From: Vulcanimicrobiales bacterium
Lineage (GTDB): Bacteria > Vulcanimicrobiota > Vulcanimicrobiia > Vulcanimicrobiales > Vulcanimicrobiaceae
NCBI GenBank assembly: GCA_038231455.1
Contig: JBBRLI010000005.1
Coordinates: 64,001-128,000, forward strand
Direction: 5' to 3'
DNA length: 64,000 nt
The notes below the pieces were generated by a model that worked only from the letters and a program-made list of their open reading frames with translations, searched no databases and was not told the origin of the DNA. Made by a program: the position numbers and the translations under genes. This document shows, piece after piece, positions 55,687 through 64,000 of the stretch (within the stretch, counting starts at the first letter, position 1; every line of letters starts with the position of its first letter).

Positions 55687-56342
55687 ATATCGTCGCCGTC
55701 GTCTTCGATCTCTACGGAACCCTCATCGACATCGAATCGCTTGCCGGGCGCGTCTCGAAAATTACGAAAACGCCCGAGCAATTCGTCCAACTTTGGCGCG
55801 ATCGGCAATTGGCGCTTGCATTCGCGACGAGTAATGACGTTGCGTACGCGGATTTCGACGAACTAACTGCGCGTGCTCTCGATGAAACGGTCGCACGATT
55901 GCAGATCACCATCGGCGGCAACGCGCGCGCGGAACTCCTTGCCGGTTGGACGGACGCGACGTTTTACGCCGACGTCGTGCCGACGGTTCTTGCGATACGC
56001 GAGCGCGGCTATCAGACAGCCGTACTGACCAACGGAACGGCACGTTCGGCGCGCTTGGCTCTCACGAATGCGGGGTTGATAACCGAACTCGATGCCGTAT
56101 TGACTGCCGATACCGTCCACCGTTACAAACCGGAAGCTGCGGTGTACCGCATGGCTCTCGAGCATTTCCACTGCGAGGCCGACGAGATTCTCTTCGTTTC
56201 ATCGAACGACTGGGATGCATCGGGGGCGGCACGCATCGGATTTCGGTCGATCTGGTGCAATCGCGGCGCAGCGAATTCACGCCGGCCCGAACGCACGATT
56301 ACCAAACTCGACGAGTTACTTACGATCCTCGATACGGAATGA
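55683..56342 (+). CDS. Haloacid dehalogenase type II, copy 2
   Basis: FDLYGTL, WRDRQ, LTNG, YKPEAAVY, FVSSNDWD. Confidence 0.9.
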   Translation: MNIVAVVFDLYGTLIDIESLAGRVSKITKTPEQFVQLWRDRQLALAFATSNDVAYADFDELTARALDETVARLQITIGGNARAELLAGWTDATFYADVVPTVLAIRERGYQTAVLTNGTARSARLALTNAGLITELDAVLTADTVHRYKPEAAVYRMALEHFHCEADEILFVSSNDWDASGAARIGFRSIWCNRGAANSRRPERTITKLDELLTILDTE

Positions 56343-57088
56343 AGCTCGGCGTCATCGGCGATCCGATCGCGCATAGCCAGAGCCCCGCGCTGCATCGCGA
56401 GTTTCTCACGCAGGCGGGGATCGAAGGCAGCTACGATGCGATTCTTGTTGAGGCGGGCAACGTGCCGATGGCGATTCGTCTCGTCCGGGAAATCGGGTAT
56501 CTGGGGCTCAACGTCACCACGCCGCTAAAAGAAGAAGCCTACGCAGTATGCACGGAGCTGGATGACCGTGCGCGAGCGGCCGAGGCCGTCAACACGCTGA
56601 CGTTTCTTCGCGACCGGGTGATCGGGAGAACGACCGACGGTATCGGCGCTTGCGATGCGATCGCCAAAGTGGTACCGCATCTCGATCGAGCCTCGATCGC
56701 CGTTCTCGGCGCGGGGCCAACCGCCCGCGCCATCATCGATGAAGCAAAACGTCGCGGCGCGAAGGTCGCGCTTTGGAATCGAACCGAATCGCGAGCCGTT
56801 GCGTTACGCGCGAAATTTGCGGTCGACGCGGTAGATTTTGAGCAGACGTACGACGCGGTGTTCTCGACGTTGCCGCCCGATGCGGAGCTGTGCGATGAAC
56901 TCATTCATATGCTGACCCGGTCCTCTCTTGTGATCGATGCGAACTACGGCAACCGCGCGACGTTAGCGAAGGCGATCCGACGCGCCGACGTCGTCGACGG
57001 CATCGATATGCTGATCGCGCAGGCGCGCGCTTCGTTTGCGATCTGGCAGCGTGCGGCGGAGACCGCAGCGACCGCCGCCGATCCGTAA
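56339..57088 (+). CDS. aroE: Shikimate dehydrogenase
   Basis: GDPIAHSQSP, GLNVTTPLK, AVNTL, TDGIG, GAGPTAR, NRT, DGIDMLIAQA; ATG 56339. Confidence 0.93.
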   Translation: MKLGVIGDPIAHSQSPALHREFLTQAGIEGSYDAILVEAGNVPMAIRLVREIGYLGLNVTTPLKEEAYAVCTELDDRARAAEAVNTLTFLRDRVIGRTTDGIGACDAIAKVVPHLDRASIAVLGAGPTARAIIDEAKRRGAKVALWNRTESRAVALRAKFAVDAVDFEQTYDAVFSTLPPDAELCDELIHMLTRSSLVIDANYGNRATLAKAIRRADVVDGIDMLIAQARASFAIWQRAAETAATAADP

Positions 57089-57356
57089 GCCTGGGGCTGT
57101 GCCAAGGCGATGACCGTGCCCAGCGTGCGTGCCACGACGATCGCCCACGCGAAGCGTGTGCCGAAGGTCGAGAGATGTGCCGCTGCTGTTGCGATCATAA
57201 GCCAATGGTAGCGAGCCGTCAGTCGCCAGTCTTGAAGCGACGATGAAGGGCTCCTTAGAGTCAGATGAAGCCGTGTGCGTGGCCTCACACGCCGCCAAAA
57301 AGCGACTGCCTCGCCGGACCCTTCGCCACGCGCTTCAACTGATCTGACTAACCCAA

Positions 57357-58034
57357 TTAAGCTGCGTTCGTTCGTGTATCTTCGTATTGCAACAATGCCT
57401 TCAGTTGCGCTGTGGCCATGAGGACATCTTCGCCAGAGAGGCTCTCGGCGAAGCGGCGAAACCACGGGGCGGTTTGCGCGCCGCGTCCATAGCGCTGCGC
57501 TAGCCAGAGAGCTGCCACGAGCACGGCCACGCCGCACGCAACATTTGCGAGGAGCCACGCGAGCCCAAAGGCCGCGATTGGTTCGATATGGAGCATTCCG
57601 CGCAGCCCGACTACTGCCAAGGCTGGCCACATCAGCGGCGCTAGCGTGAGCGTCCACATTGCGGTTCGGGCCCGTAAGAGTTTCAATCGTTCGACCTTTT
57701 GCGCAATCGCTATGACTGGCTCTTCGAAATTGACTGCCGCGGCGGCAAGTTGCGCCACGGTCGATGCCAGGATCGCTATCGCATAGCTATCAAGAAGAAC
57801 GCTTGCGAGAAAGACCGGAAGTTCACGCGCGTGATCTGCTGAAAACGCCCCAAGTAAGACCACAACGATGCTATTCATCAATATTTCTAGCTGCAGCGTG
57901 CGGCGGAGCCGATCGAGCACTGTTTGCGTGACGCCGAGCGAAGAGCGTCGCAGTATCAGTGTGTTGCTTTGCACCATTTCGTCAAGCCGCGCGTCATATC
58001 GCCGCCACACGGCGGTCACATCATCATTTTCCAT
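57357..58034 (-). CDS. Multi-TM putative anti-sigma factor
   Basis: ATG 58034 overlaps the ECF stop; short cytoplasmic helix (DDVTAVW), then about 4 TM. Confidence 0.75.
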   Translation of the reverse strand: MENDDVTAVWRRYDARLDEMVQSNTLILRRSSLGVTQTVLDRLRRTLQLEILMNSIVVVLLGAFSADHARELPVFLASVLLDSYAIAILASTVAQLAAAAVNFEEPVIAIAQKVERLKLLRARTAMWTLTLAPLMWPALAVVGLRGMLHIEPIAAFGLAWLLANVACGVAVLVAALWLAQRYGRGAQTAPWFRRFAESLSGEDVLMATAQLKALLQYEDTRTNAA

Positions 58035-58560
58035 CCGTCTCTCCTTGTGAAGCGTTTCGATTCGTTGTGAGAGCGACTCGCGCTCGTGCTCTAAGTCGTC
58101 CGATTTTCGTCGCGACATTTGTTTCGGTGAGCCCGAGAACCGCGGCGATACTTCGGTGATCGTACTCATCGAGGTAGAGCAACATAAGGGCTTTGTCCAT
58201 GTCCCCGAGGCCCGCGATAAAATCGTTGAGCCGATCCACGCGATCATCAGGCTCGGAGTCGCGTTCGTATGATTGGCGCGCAATTGACTCGGCGCGCTCG
58301 GTACGCTCGGCCCGGCGATACTCCGTGCGGTAGAACGAAACGGCGACATTGAGGGCGATCCGGTACATCCACGTCGAGAAACGACGTGCTTCATCGAAGC
58401 CGGCGAACGATTTCCAAAGTGCGCCGGTGATCTCGGCGGTGAGATCTTCCCGGTCGACTGCCGTGCGACCGTACGCTCCTGCGATCTTATGAAGGATCTT
58501 CTGGTTCTGCGTCAGCCGTACGAGAAATGTTTCCTGATCGTTCATCCGTTCTTGGTCCAC
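58024..58560 (-). CDS. ECF sigma factor (ECF22-like)
   Basis: ILHKIAGAY…DREDL..EI..LWKS…FSTWMYRIALNVAVS; DKALMLLYLD…IAAVLGLTETNVATKIGR. Start GTG 58560 or ATG 58545. Confidence 0.92.
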   Translation of the reverse strand: MDQERMNDQETFLVRLTQNQKILHKIAGAYGRTAVDREDLTAEITGALWKSFAGFDEARRFSTWMYRIALNVAVSFYRTEYRRAERTERAESIARQSYERDSEPDDRVDRLNDFIAGLGDMDKALMLLYLDEYDHRSIAAVLGLTETNVATKIGRLRARARVALTTNRNASQGETDGK

Positions 58561-58568
58561 GCCTCATG

Positions 58569-58596
58569 ATTCGCTCGAAGCAGGCGAAAAATCACA
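58569..58596 (-). promoter_or_regulatory. Putative autoregulatory ECF promoter
   Basis: Minus strand TGTGAT-N17-CGAAT, ending 8 nt before GTG 58560. Confidence 0.5.
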
Positions 58597-58613
58597 TGCC
58601 CCGGCTTGTCTCG

Positions 58614-59138
58614 TCAATACCAGCGTCGAAACTTGTCTCGTCGGTTGAAGGCGAGAAGCCGAAGCGTTGAACCGGCCTGCTCGATCAACCCAGCTCGAAC
58701 GAGTTCCGTTACGGCGTGTGGAGCGCGTTCGATTACGGGAGCGAGCCTGTTCCCGTCCACGAGAAAGCTCAGCGACGCAAGATCGATCGCCGGATCCGCG
58801 AGCCAAAGACTATCCTGTTCGTCGATCATGGTGAGTAGCAGATCGGCGGCTTCATGGGAGAGATCCCAATAGGCGCTATCACCGACACCATCTGCCGAAA
58901 TCACCGGCGAACCTTTTCGGTAGCCGAAATGCTCTTGGCACTGAAACGTGAGGCAGTGGCCACCGTCATATCGCGGAGCGGTTTCGCAGCCGCAAGAAAA
59001 CGACAAATTCCCGCCCACGAGCGCCTTCACGGGATCTGAAGCAAGCCATACTCGCGAAAAGCTCCCAAGCGAATAGGCCGCCGGCTCGCCGAGCACGGCC
59101 GCCAACTCCTCTAGCGTGTACGTTCCACCCTCGCGCAT
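58614..59138 (-). CDS. Hypothetical protein with a CGC…C…CxxH putative metal site and C-terminal wHTH-like segment
   Basis: FSCGC-x10-C-x4-CQEH; AVTELVRAGLIEQ. Start set at ATG 59138 to avoid overlapping valS. Confidence 0.55.
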   Translation of the reverse strand: MREGGTYTLEELAAVLGEPAAYSLGSFSRVWLASDPVKALVGGNLSFSCGCETAPRYDGGHCLTFQCQEHFGYRKGSPVISADGVGDSAYWDLSHEAADLLLTMIDEQDSLWLADPAIDLASLSFLVDGNRLAPVIERAPHAVTELVRAGLIEQAGSTLRLLAFNRRDKFRRWY

Positions 59139-59192
59139 CAGATCGATCCGATTCGTAGGGTGCGTCCGGCTCGCCCGCAAACAACGGGGCCG

Positions 59193-61823
59193 ATGCATAC
59201 CGACGGGCGCCCTGAACTTCCGAAAACCTACGAACCCTCCGAAGTCGAGCCGCGCCGCTACGCCGAGTCGCTTGCTCGCGGGGTGTTCCACGAAGACCCC
59301 GACCCGGCGCGGCCGGCATTTATCATCTCGATGCCGCCGCCGAACATTACGGGGCGCGCGCACCTCGGCCACGGCTCGACCTATACGCCGATGGACATTC
59401 TCACGCGCTACCACCGGATGCTCGGCGAGAACGCTGACTGGCTGCCCGGCCAAGATCACGCCGCGATCGCAACGGAGACCGTGCTCGTGCGCGAGCTGGC
59501 AAAAGAGGGCCTCACGCGCAACAGCCTCGGGCGCGAAGCGTATCTCGAACGGGCATGGCAATGGCGCGATCAATACGGCGATACGATCGACTCGCAGTTC
59601 CAAATGCTGGGCTTCGGGCCCGACTGGGATCGCAAACGCTTCACGATGGATCCGCCGCTCTCGGCTGCGGTCATCCGCGTTTTCGTGCGACTGTATCGCG
59701 AGGGCTTGATCTATCGCGGAACGCGCTTAGTCAATTGGGATATCAAGGCCCAATCCACGCTCTCCGATGCGGAAGTCGAATACGAAGAACGCAACGCGAA
59801 AATTTGGGAAATCCGCTACGAGACGGAAGACGCGAGTGGCAGCATCGTCGTCGCGACGACGCGACCCGAGACGATGCTCGGCGATACGGCAATCGCCGTC
59901 CATCCAAGTGACGCACGCTACTCCTCGTTGATCGGTAAGAACGTGATCTTACCGCTGGTGAACCGATCGATTCCGGTGATCGCCGATGCCTCGGTGCTTA
60001 GCGACTTCGGCACAGGCGCTGTGAAAGTGACGCCCGGGCACGATCCGAGCGACTACGAAATCGGCCAGCGCCACAATCTGCCGATGCCAAGCGTCATCGC
60101 ACTCGACGGAACGATGAGCGGCGATGTCGGCCGGTACGAAGGCATGGACCGCCTCGACGCGCGCAAAGCGATCGTCGAGGACTTGCGCTCGAGCGGTGCA
60201 CTCGTGAGCGAGAAAGACTATCTGCAGAAAGTCTCGATCAGTTCGCGGTCGGGCGAAGTGATCGAACCGCTGCTCTCGCTGCAGTGGTTCTGCAAAATGG
60301 AGTCGCTTGCGAAGCCTGCGGTCGAGGCGTATCGCAAGGGCAAGATCAGGTTTGTCCCGGAGCGCTTTGGTCGCACGTACGAAAACGGATTTGAGAACCT
60401 GCGCGATTGGAACATCTCGCGGCAAATCTGGTGGGGCCATCAGCTTCCCGTTTGGTACACGCCAAACGACGAAGTCGTCGTCGCGGAATCCGAAGACGAA
60501 GCGCTTGCGATCGCTGAGCGCGATTTCAAAACGCGCGAGTTGCGTCGCGATCCCGACACCCTCGACACGTGGTTCTCAAGCGGCCTGTGGCCGTTCTCGA
60601 TTCTCGGCTGGCCGGACGAGACGGCCGAGATGGCGCACTGGTATCCCAACCAAGTGATGATCACCGGACGCGATATCATCTTCTTGTGGATCGCGCGCAT
60701 GGTGATGCTCGGGCTCCATTTTGCGGACGATATCCCGTTTCGCACGGTGTTCGTTGCGCCGCTCGTGTTCGACAAGCACGGGCGCAAAATGTCAAAATCG
60801 CTCGGCAATTCGATCGATCCGCTCGACCTGATCAAGGAGTACGGTGCCGACGCGACGCGCTTTGGCATCATCAAACAGATGCGTCTCGAATCGCAAGAGC
60901 TGCGGTTCGACGAGCGCGCGTGCGATGATGCGCGGCGCTTCAATACCAAGCTGTGGAACGCGCTCCGGTTTATTTGTTCGCTCGAGGAAGGGTTGCCGAC
61001 GGCATCGCGCCTTCCGAAGAACGACGAACTCACCGTTGCCGATAAGTGGATTCTCACGCGCTTGCGTGAGACCGTCATCAAAATCACCGAGGCCTTCGAC
61101 CGCTTCGAATTCGGCACCGCGGCCGACGAACTGCTCGACTTCGGTTGGTTTACGTTTTGCGATTGGTATCTCGAAGCCTCAAAAGCCCCGGGCGAACGCG
61201 CGACGCGCGCTTCGGTGCTTTCGTATGTGTTCAATGCGTTCGTTCGGCTCATGCATCCGATCGCGCCGTTCATCACCGAGGAAATCTGGCAGCAACTCCC
61301 GCACGACGGCGCGACGATCGTCACGGCTTCGTGGCCGGATCCGTTGCAAGACCTTGCCTACTACGATGGTGCGGGCGGCAGCTTCGAGGCGGCGCGGACG
61401 GATTTTGAAGCCTTTATCGTGAGTGCTGGAACCATCCGCAACGTGAAAGCCGAGATGGGCATGGGGCCGAAAGACCGGCTCACGCTGGATGTTCCGCCGG
61501 GTCTGCCGGACTGGGTCGCCGAGCAGTTCGCCGTGCATGCAAAAGCTGAGCTCGTCGTTGATGCAGCGCGCGTCGCGGGGCCGACGCTTGCCGAAAAGCT
61601 CGCCACGATCACCGCGCAAGCGCCCACGGGACTCTTGCGGGAACGCTACACACGCGAGATCGCAAAACTCCAGAGCGAGGTCGAGCGCGGCGAGAAGAAG
61701 CTCGCGAACGAATCGTTCATCGCCAAAGCCGCCCTCGACGTCGTGGAGAAAGAGCGCGAGAAGCTCGCCGGCTACGGGCGCGACCTCGCGCGCGTCCGCG
61801 ACGAGCTTGCCAAGCTTGGATGA
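59193..61823 (+). CDS. valS: Valine--tRNA ligase
   Basis: PPPNITG.AHLGH, DHAAIATE, ATTRPETMLGD, DWNISRQIWWGH, KMSKSLGN, C-terminal coiled-coil. Confidence 0.98.
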   Translation: MHTDGRPELPKTYEPSEVEPRRYAESLARGVFHEDPDPARPAFIISMPPPNITGRAHLGHGSTYTPMDILTRYHRMLGENADWLPGQDHAAIATETVLVRELAKEGLTRNSLGREAYLERAWQWRDQYGDTIDSQFQMLGFGPDWDRKRFTMDPPLSAAVIRVFVRLYREGLIYRGTRLVNWDIKAQSTLSDAEVEYEERNAKIWEIRYETEDASGSIVVATTRPETMLGDTAIAVHPSDARYSSLIGKNVILPLVNRSIPVIADASVLSDFGTGAVKVTPGHDPSDYEIGQRHNLPMPSVIALDGTMSGDVGRYEGMDRLDARKAIVEDLRSSGALVSEKDYLQKVSISSRSGEVIEPLLSLQWFCKMESLAKPAVEAYRKGKIRFVPERFGRTYENGFENLRDWNISRQIWWGHQLPVWYTPNDEVVVAESEDEALAIAERDFKTRELRRDPDTLDTWFSSGLWPFSILGWPDETAEMAHWYPNQVMITGRDIIFLWIARMVMLGLHFADDIPFRTVFVAPLVFDKHGRKMSKSLGNSIDPLDLIKEYGADATRFGIIKQMRLESQELRFDERACDDARRFNTKLWNALRFICSLEEGLPTASRLPKNDELTVADKWILTRLRETVIKITEAFDRFEFGTAADELLDFGWFTFCDWYLEASKAPGERATRASVLSYVFNAFVRLMHPIAPFITEEIWQQLPHDGATIVTASWPDPLQDLAYYDGAGGSFEAARTDFEAFIVSAGTIRNVKAEMGMGPKDRLTLDVPPGLPDWVAEQFAVHAKAELVVDAARVAGPTLAEKLATITAQAPTGLLRERYTREIAKLQSEVERGEKKLANESFIAKAALDVVEKEREKLAGYGRDLARVRDELAKLG

Positions 61824-61856
61824 ACGAAAAGGCCAGGGGCAGCCGGGAGCCGTAAT

Positions 61857-62429
61857 TTGAGCGGAATCGTGACTAGCCCGCTGCTCGGCAAACGCCGTAC
61901 ACTCATGTCCCCCGATGAGATCGACCGCGCGATCGCTCGCATGGCGCATCAAATCGTCGAGCCGAGTGATGCACAGGACGGCCTTCTTTTGATTGGGATT
62001 CGCCGTGGCGGCGAGTCGCTGGCGCGTCGGCTTGCATCGAAGATCGCGGAGATTCGCGGCAGCACCCCGACCTTGGGTTTTCTCAATATCAACCTGTATC
62101 GCGATGACGATGTGGCGCGCGATCTGCCCGAGTCCGAGATTCGCGGCGAGATCACCGGGCGCACCGTCGTCGTCGTCGATGATGTTCTCTATACCGGCCG
62201 CACCGTGCGTGCGGCCCTGGATGCCGTGACCGACCTCGGCCGTCCGAATGCGATCCGCCTTGCGGTGTTGATCGATCGCGGTCTGCGCGAACTGCCCGTT
62301 CAAGCCGACTATATCGGTAAACTGATTCCCACGAGCCGGAGCGAGCGCATCGACGTAGCGTTATCCCCGCAGCGCTCCGAACGCGACGAAGTCGTCGTGA
62401 TCGCCGATGAGGACCGTGCCGGCACGTAA
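61857..62429 (+). CDS. pyrR: Bifunctional pyrimidine regulator/uracil phosphoribosyltransferase
   Basis: LYRDD, VVVVDDVLYTGRTVRAA, LIDRGLRELPVQADYIGK; start uncertain. Confidence 0.95.
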   Translation: MSGIVTSPLLGKRRTLMSPDEIDRAIARMAHQIVEPSDAQDGLLLIGIRRGGESLARRLASKIAEIRGSTPTLGFLNINLYRDDDVARDLPESEIRGEITGRTVVVVDDVLYTGRTVRAALDAVTDLGRPNAIRLAVLIDRGLRELPVQADYIGKLIPTSRSERIDVALSPQRSERDEVVVIADEDRAGT

Positions 62430-63330
62430 TTTGCTCGACGTCGATGACGTCACACGTACCGAACTTTCCGCTCTCCTCGATCGTGCCGCCGCTTTCAAAC
62501 GCGAGGGCGCCGCGCGCGACTTGCTCGCCGGAGTGCCGGTCCTCAACTTGTTCTTCGAGGCGAGCACGCGCACGGCGACCTCGTTCACGCTTGCCGAACA
62601 ACGCGTGGGTGCCGACATCATTTCGTTTGCGCCGGGGACGTCGAGTTTAGGGAAAGGTGAGACGATTGCTGACACTGCGCTCACCCTCCACGGCATCGGC
62701 GTGCGCGTCATCGTCGTTCGCCACCCGGAGTCGGGTTTCGCGCGCCGGCTTGCCGACGCGTTCGACGGTCACGTGGTCAACGCGGGCGACGGCGCGCACG
62801 CGCACCCGACGCAGGCACTGCTCGATCTGATGACCCTGCGGAACGAATTCGGCGGCTTCGACGGACTGCGCGTTGCGATCGTGGGGGATATCATCCACTC
62901 GCGTGTGGCACGCTCGAACATCGTCGGGATGACGATGCTTGGCATCGACGTCATGCTCGTTGGACCGCGTACGCTCTTGCCCGATGCAATGGAACGCCCG
63001 GGCGTGCGCATCTCGCGCGATCTCGATGCCGTCCTTCCCGAAGTCGATGCGGTCATGATGCTGCGTATCCAACACGAGCGCATCACCTCGAGCCTCTTAC
63101 CGGCCCTAAACGACTATACACGCAACTATCAACTCAACCGCTCGCGACTGCGCGCGCTCAAGGCAACAGCGGTGATCCTGCACCCCGGCCCGTACAATCG
63201 CGGCATCGAACTCACCGACGACGCGCTTGCCGATCAGCGGTCGCGGTACAAAGTTCAAGTCGAAAACGGCGTCTTCGTGCGCATGGCCGTACTCGACCAT
63301 CTCGTCAACGGCGCTGCGGTGCCCGCATGA
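62407..63330 (+). CDS. pyrB: Aspartate carbamoyltransferase catalytic subunit
   Basis: FFEASTRT, NAGDG.HAHPTQALLD, HSRVARSN, LRIQHER, HPGP.NRG. Confidence 0.97.
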   Translation: MRTVPARNLLDVDDVTRTELSALLDRAAAFKREGAARDLLAGVPVLNLFFEASTRTATSFTLAEQRVGADIISFAPGTSSLGKGETIADTALTLHGIGVRVIVVRHPESGFARRLADAFDGHVVNAGDGAHAHPTQALLDLMTLRNEFGGFDGLRVAIVGDIIHSRVARSNIVGMTMLGIDVMLVGPRTLLPDAMERPGVRISRDLDAVLPEVDAVMMLRIQHERITSSLLPALNDYTRNYQLNRSRLRALKATAVILHPGPYNRGIELTDDALADQRSRYKVQVENGVFVRMAVLDHLVNGAAVPA

Positions 63331-64000
63331 ACGCGCTCATCATCCAAGGGGGCCGGGTGATCGACCCCTCGCAGGGACTCGATGCGGTCCGCGATGTGCT
63401 CGTACGCGATGGCAAAATCGCCGCGATCGGCGAACACCTCGATGTCGGGACGGCGACGGTCGTCGATGCGCGGGGATTGATCGTCGCCCCGGGTTTCATC
63501 GACATGCACGTGCATTTACGCGAGCCGGGTCAAACGCACAAAGAAACGATCGCGACCGGGAGCGCCGCGGCCGTTGCCGGCGGCTTTACCGCGGTCTGCG
63601 CGATGCCCAACACGACCCCCGCAATGGATTCGCCGGCCACGCTTGCCGAAGTCGCGCGCCTCGCGGGGGCAGCCGGCCTTGCGCGCATCTACCCGGTCGC
63701 TGCGATTACCAAGGATCGCGCAGGCGTCGAACTCGCACCGTATCATTTGCTCTCCGATGCGGGAGCCGTTGCTTTTAGCGACGACGGCAATACGGTCGAG
63801 AATCCGCGCGTGTTACGCCAGGCCGCACGCTACGCAAAAGATCTCGATCAACCGTTCATCTCGCACTGCGAGGATGCGCAGCTCAAAGGCAGCGCCGTTA
63901 TGAACGAAGGCTTTTCATCGGCGAAACTTGGCCTTGAGGGTTCGCCCAACGTGGCCGAAGAGATCGTGATCGCGCGCGATCTGCTGATCGCCGCCGATAC
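63327..64000 (+). CDS. pyrC: Dihydroorotase (3' truncated by window edge; absent from the ORF track)
   Basis: Read by hand from ATG 63327: MNALIIQGGRVIDP…PGFIDMHVHLREPG…AGGFTAVCAMPNT…FSDDG…SHCED. Confidence 0.95.
   Translation, partial: MNALIIQGGRVIDPSQGLDAVRDVLVRDGKIAAIGEHLDVGTATVVDARGLIVAPGFIDMHVHLREPGQTHKETIATGSAAAVAGGFTAVCAMPNTTPAMDSPATLAEVARLAGAAGLARIYPVAAITKDRAGVELAPYHLLSDAGAVAFSDDGNTVENPRVLRQAARYAKDLDQPFISHCEDAQLKGSAVMNEGFSSAKLGLEGSPNVAEEIVIARDLLIAAD

Noticed and set aside
57089-57356. Hydrophobic minus-strand stretch (…FAWAIVVARTLGTVIALA…) as a small membrane protein or gene remnant
   Set aside because: The frame runs antisense into aroE, has no clear start or RBS, and no family is recognisable with confidence.

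Overview
GC-rich bacterial chromosomal window with no rRNA, CRISPR array, integrase or transposase visible. The Firmicutes-like gene orders and Gram-positive-type SOS box in high-GC DNA point to a Terrabacteria lineage; Ca. Eremiobacterota/Vulcanimicrobiota is my guess only. Core blocks: three stand-alone tRNAs (Ala-GGC, Ala-TGC, Ile-GAT); yceD-rpmF-fabH-fabD-fabG-acpP-ffh-rpsP-khpA-rimM; yqeG-HAD-HAD-aroE; valS-pyrR-pyrB-pyrC (cut at the window end). Accessory content: signalling proteins (PP2C-HATPase, cNMP, GAF-GGDEF-HD-GYP, STAS, BTAD-STAND-TPR), three ECF sigma modules, many peptidases/amidohydrolases, a type III PKS plus methyltransferase, transporters and a P-type ATPase remnant. Best candidate for an undescribed system (14190-15637, minus strand): a lytic transglycosylase with no signal peptide, followed by two small helical paralogs sharing an ungapped 40-residue C-terminal motif (18/40 identical). 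An identically spaced motif ACTAG-N15-GCGTGAACGA precedes both transcription units. I infer a co-regulated filament/secretion module reminiscent of type III needle + rod + muramidase. Second highlight: a class II ribonucleotide reductase with two LAGLIDADG inteins only 11 residues apart, each inserted before a catalytic cysteine. Its upstream region has a perfect TCGAAC-N4-GTTCGA SOS box and tandem NrdR boxes.
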